Part shown: one piece after another, positions 36,331 through 38,055 of the stretch | How positions within the stretch are numbered: position 1 is the stretch's first letter | Layout of the letters: each line of letters starts with the position of its first letter | NCBI GenBank assembly: GCA_037834085.1 | Contig: JBBMKC010107860.1 | Coordinates: 1-38,055 of the forward strand | DNA length: 38,055 nucleotides | From: Bipalium vagum | Lineage: Eukaryota | Direction of reading: 5' to 3' | Translations under genes and position numbers: made by a program | Notes under the pieces: model-generated | Database searches by the model: none | What the model saw: only the letters and a program-made list of their open reading frames with translations | What the model was told of the DNA's origin: nothing

Positions 36331-38055
36331 AGCAAAAAATAGAATTATATTAAGATAGCATCGAAAATCAATCAGAAATAGATATTATTTATAGATATCC
36401 TTGAGAATTTTGACTAATAAAAAATGCACCATTAATTTCCTAATGAATAAAGTATTTTTTTAATAATATAATAAAATCTAATTATCTTTAAAAACACTAA
36501 TAATTTAAGTTAAAGTATTTATTACAATTTATTGTGTTACTTTTTATTTCAATAATAATTTTTGTAATTAATGACTAAATAAATAATATTTTTAACTATT
36601 TTCTGGAATCTATATTCAATATCAATTTTGCGTGTTAAATATTCTTTCTTCCAATTAATCTATCCTTTATTTTTGTTTTCATATTGCCAAATCCATTAAT
36701 ATTTTATTTTTATGGAATATTTTTTTTATAAAACATCACGAATATTAGAATATAAATAATGTGATTTTAATTATTTTTGATTGCGCATTAAATTTACATT
36801 TTATCAAATTATAATTGAAAATTTTAATAATTAAAACAAAAAAAATTTATTTTTTTAAAAAATTTAAATATTTTTGGTGTTTTAAAATTTACAATGAGAT
36901 ATGTTTGATATAATTATAAAATCTTTTTACACGTAAATATTTCTAATTTAAACATTCTCAAAACACTTTTGAAAAAATATAATAAATAATAAAGTTTACA
37001 ATAAAACAAACAAAAGATTATTTTGTAAACATTAATATTTTATTAAATATATTTTAATTATTTAATAATAAAATAATTTCCAACTGGTAATACCAAAGGA
37101 TTTTTTGGTGACTTAAGGCTGAAAAAATTTGATTGACCAATGGAAACACTCAATAAAATTAATAATTATATTTTATAATATAAAATTTTTAATAGTCATA
37201 AGTAAAATAAATTTTTATAAAATCTTGATTTTTTTCTTAATTATTATACGATTTTTACTTAAATATATTTTAATGTTAATGTTTTCTGTTTAATAATAGA
37301 TACAGATGTGTTTTTTTGTTAATTTTGCTAATTAATTAATACATTTTTATTAGAAACTAATTAGTTTTTATCATAACCATCAATCAGAAGATGAATGTGT
37401 TTTGTTTTAATGGAAATTTTACATTAATATTTTCAAGATATTCCTTTCTAATTTTCTTCTCACATTTTGTGTGAAACACTGAAAAAATATTTTAATGAGA
37501 AAGTTAAGTTTCAAGGCACGTATTTTTAATTAATCGAATCTTTTCGTAAGAGAAGTCTGTTAGAAATATATATTGAAACTAAAACAAATTAGGATAAAAC
37601 TCTGATGTTTTATTGATCTTTCAATAATACAAACACGATGGTTTGATAAATAAATCAACGACCATTTGGCACTGTCCATCAATGTCTGCTAAGACATGTG
37701 AAATGGTTTTATTCATCATTTCCAGACATAACATGGAAGGGTTAGGGACCTAAGAAGATGTTCCAAAATAATTCATTTTTGAGTAAGCCTTTATCGATTA
37801 ATTTCTAACATTTTAATAAAAAAAATATTTATTTAATTTCTTATATAAATAAATATTTGATATATCAACTCTCGACGTCTTGCTTCTTTTAATATTTAGC
37901 AATATTTTGTTTATATCGGTTTTGTCAATATCAATATTTTTTGTTATCATTGTCTGTTAAATAGTGTTTTATATTATTAAAATAAACCTAAAATAATAAA
38001 ATAAGGTTTTAATTTAATAGAGGCTGACCTGTCTTATTATTATTTATCAATAAAT

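Overview
This is a very AT-rich, gene-poor window from an invertebrate-like eukaryote. It holds one convincing host gene: a two-exon class A neuropeptide GPCR of the allatostatin-C/somatostatin receptor type (join 22062..22340, 24854..25768, + strand, 397 aa, phase-0 GT-AG intron of 2513 bp). The rest is AT-rich spacer and more than 20 decayed DNA transposon fragments: many mariners, Tc1/Tc3, a Merlin/IS1595-type relic, and weaker rosa-, pogo- and piggyBac-like pieces. Two elements keep both TIRs and TA duplications: a Tc3-like element at 12327..13741 and an internally deleted mariner at 34904..35816. No intact transposase, RNA gene or CRISPR array is supported. The most interesting signals are a skewed GG>GA (CC>TC) decay pattern across unrelated TE relics, the Tc3-like element nested in one copy of an unclassified inverted repeat pair, and non-canonical motifs in the receptor. 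I cannot support a new multi-gene system. TE family assignments come from remembered motifs, not database searches, and fragment boundaries are approximate.
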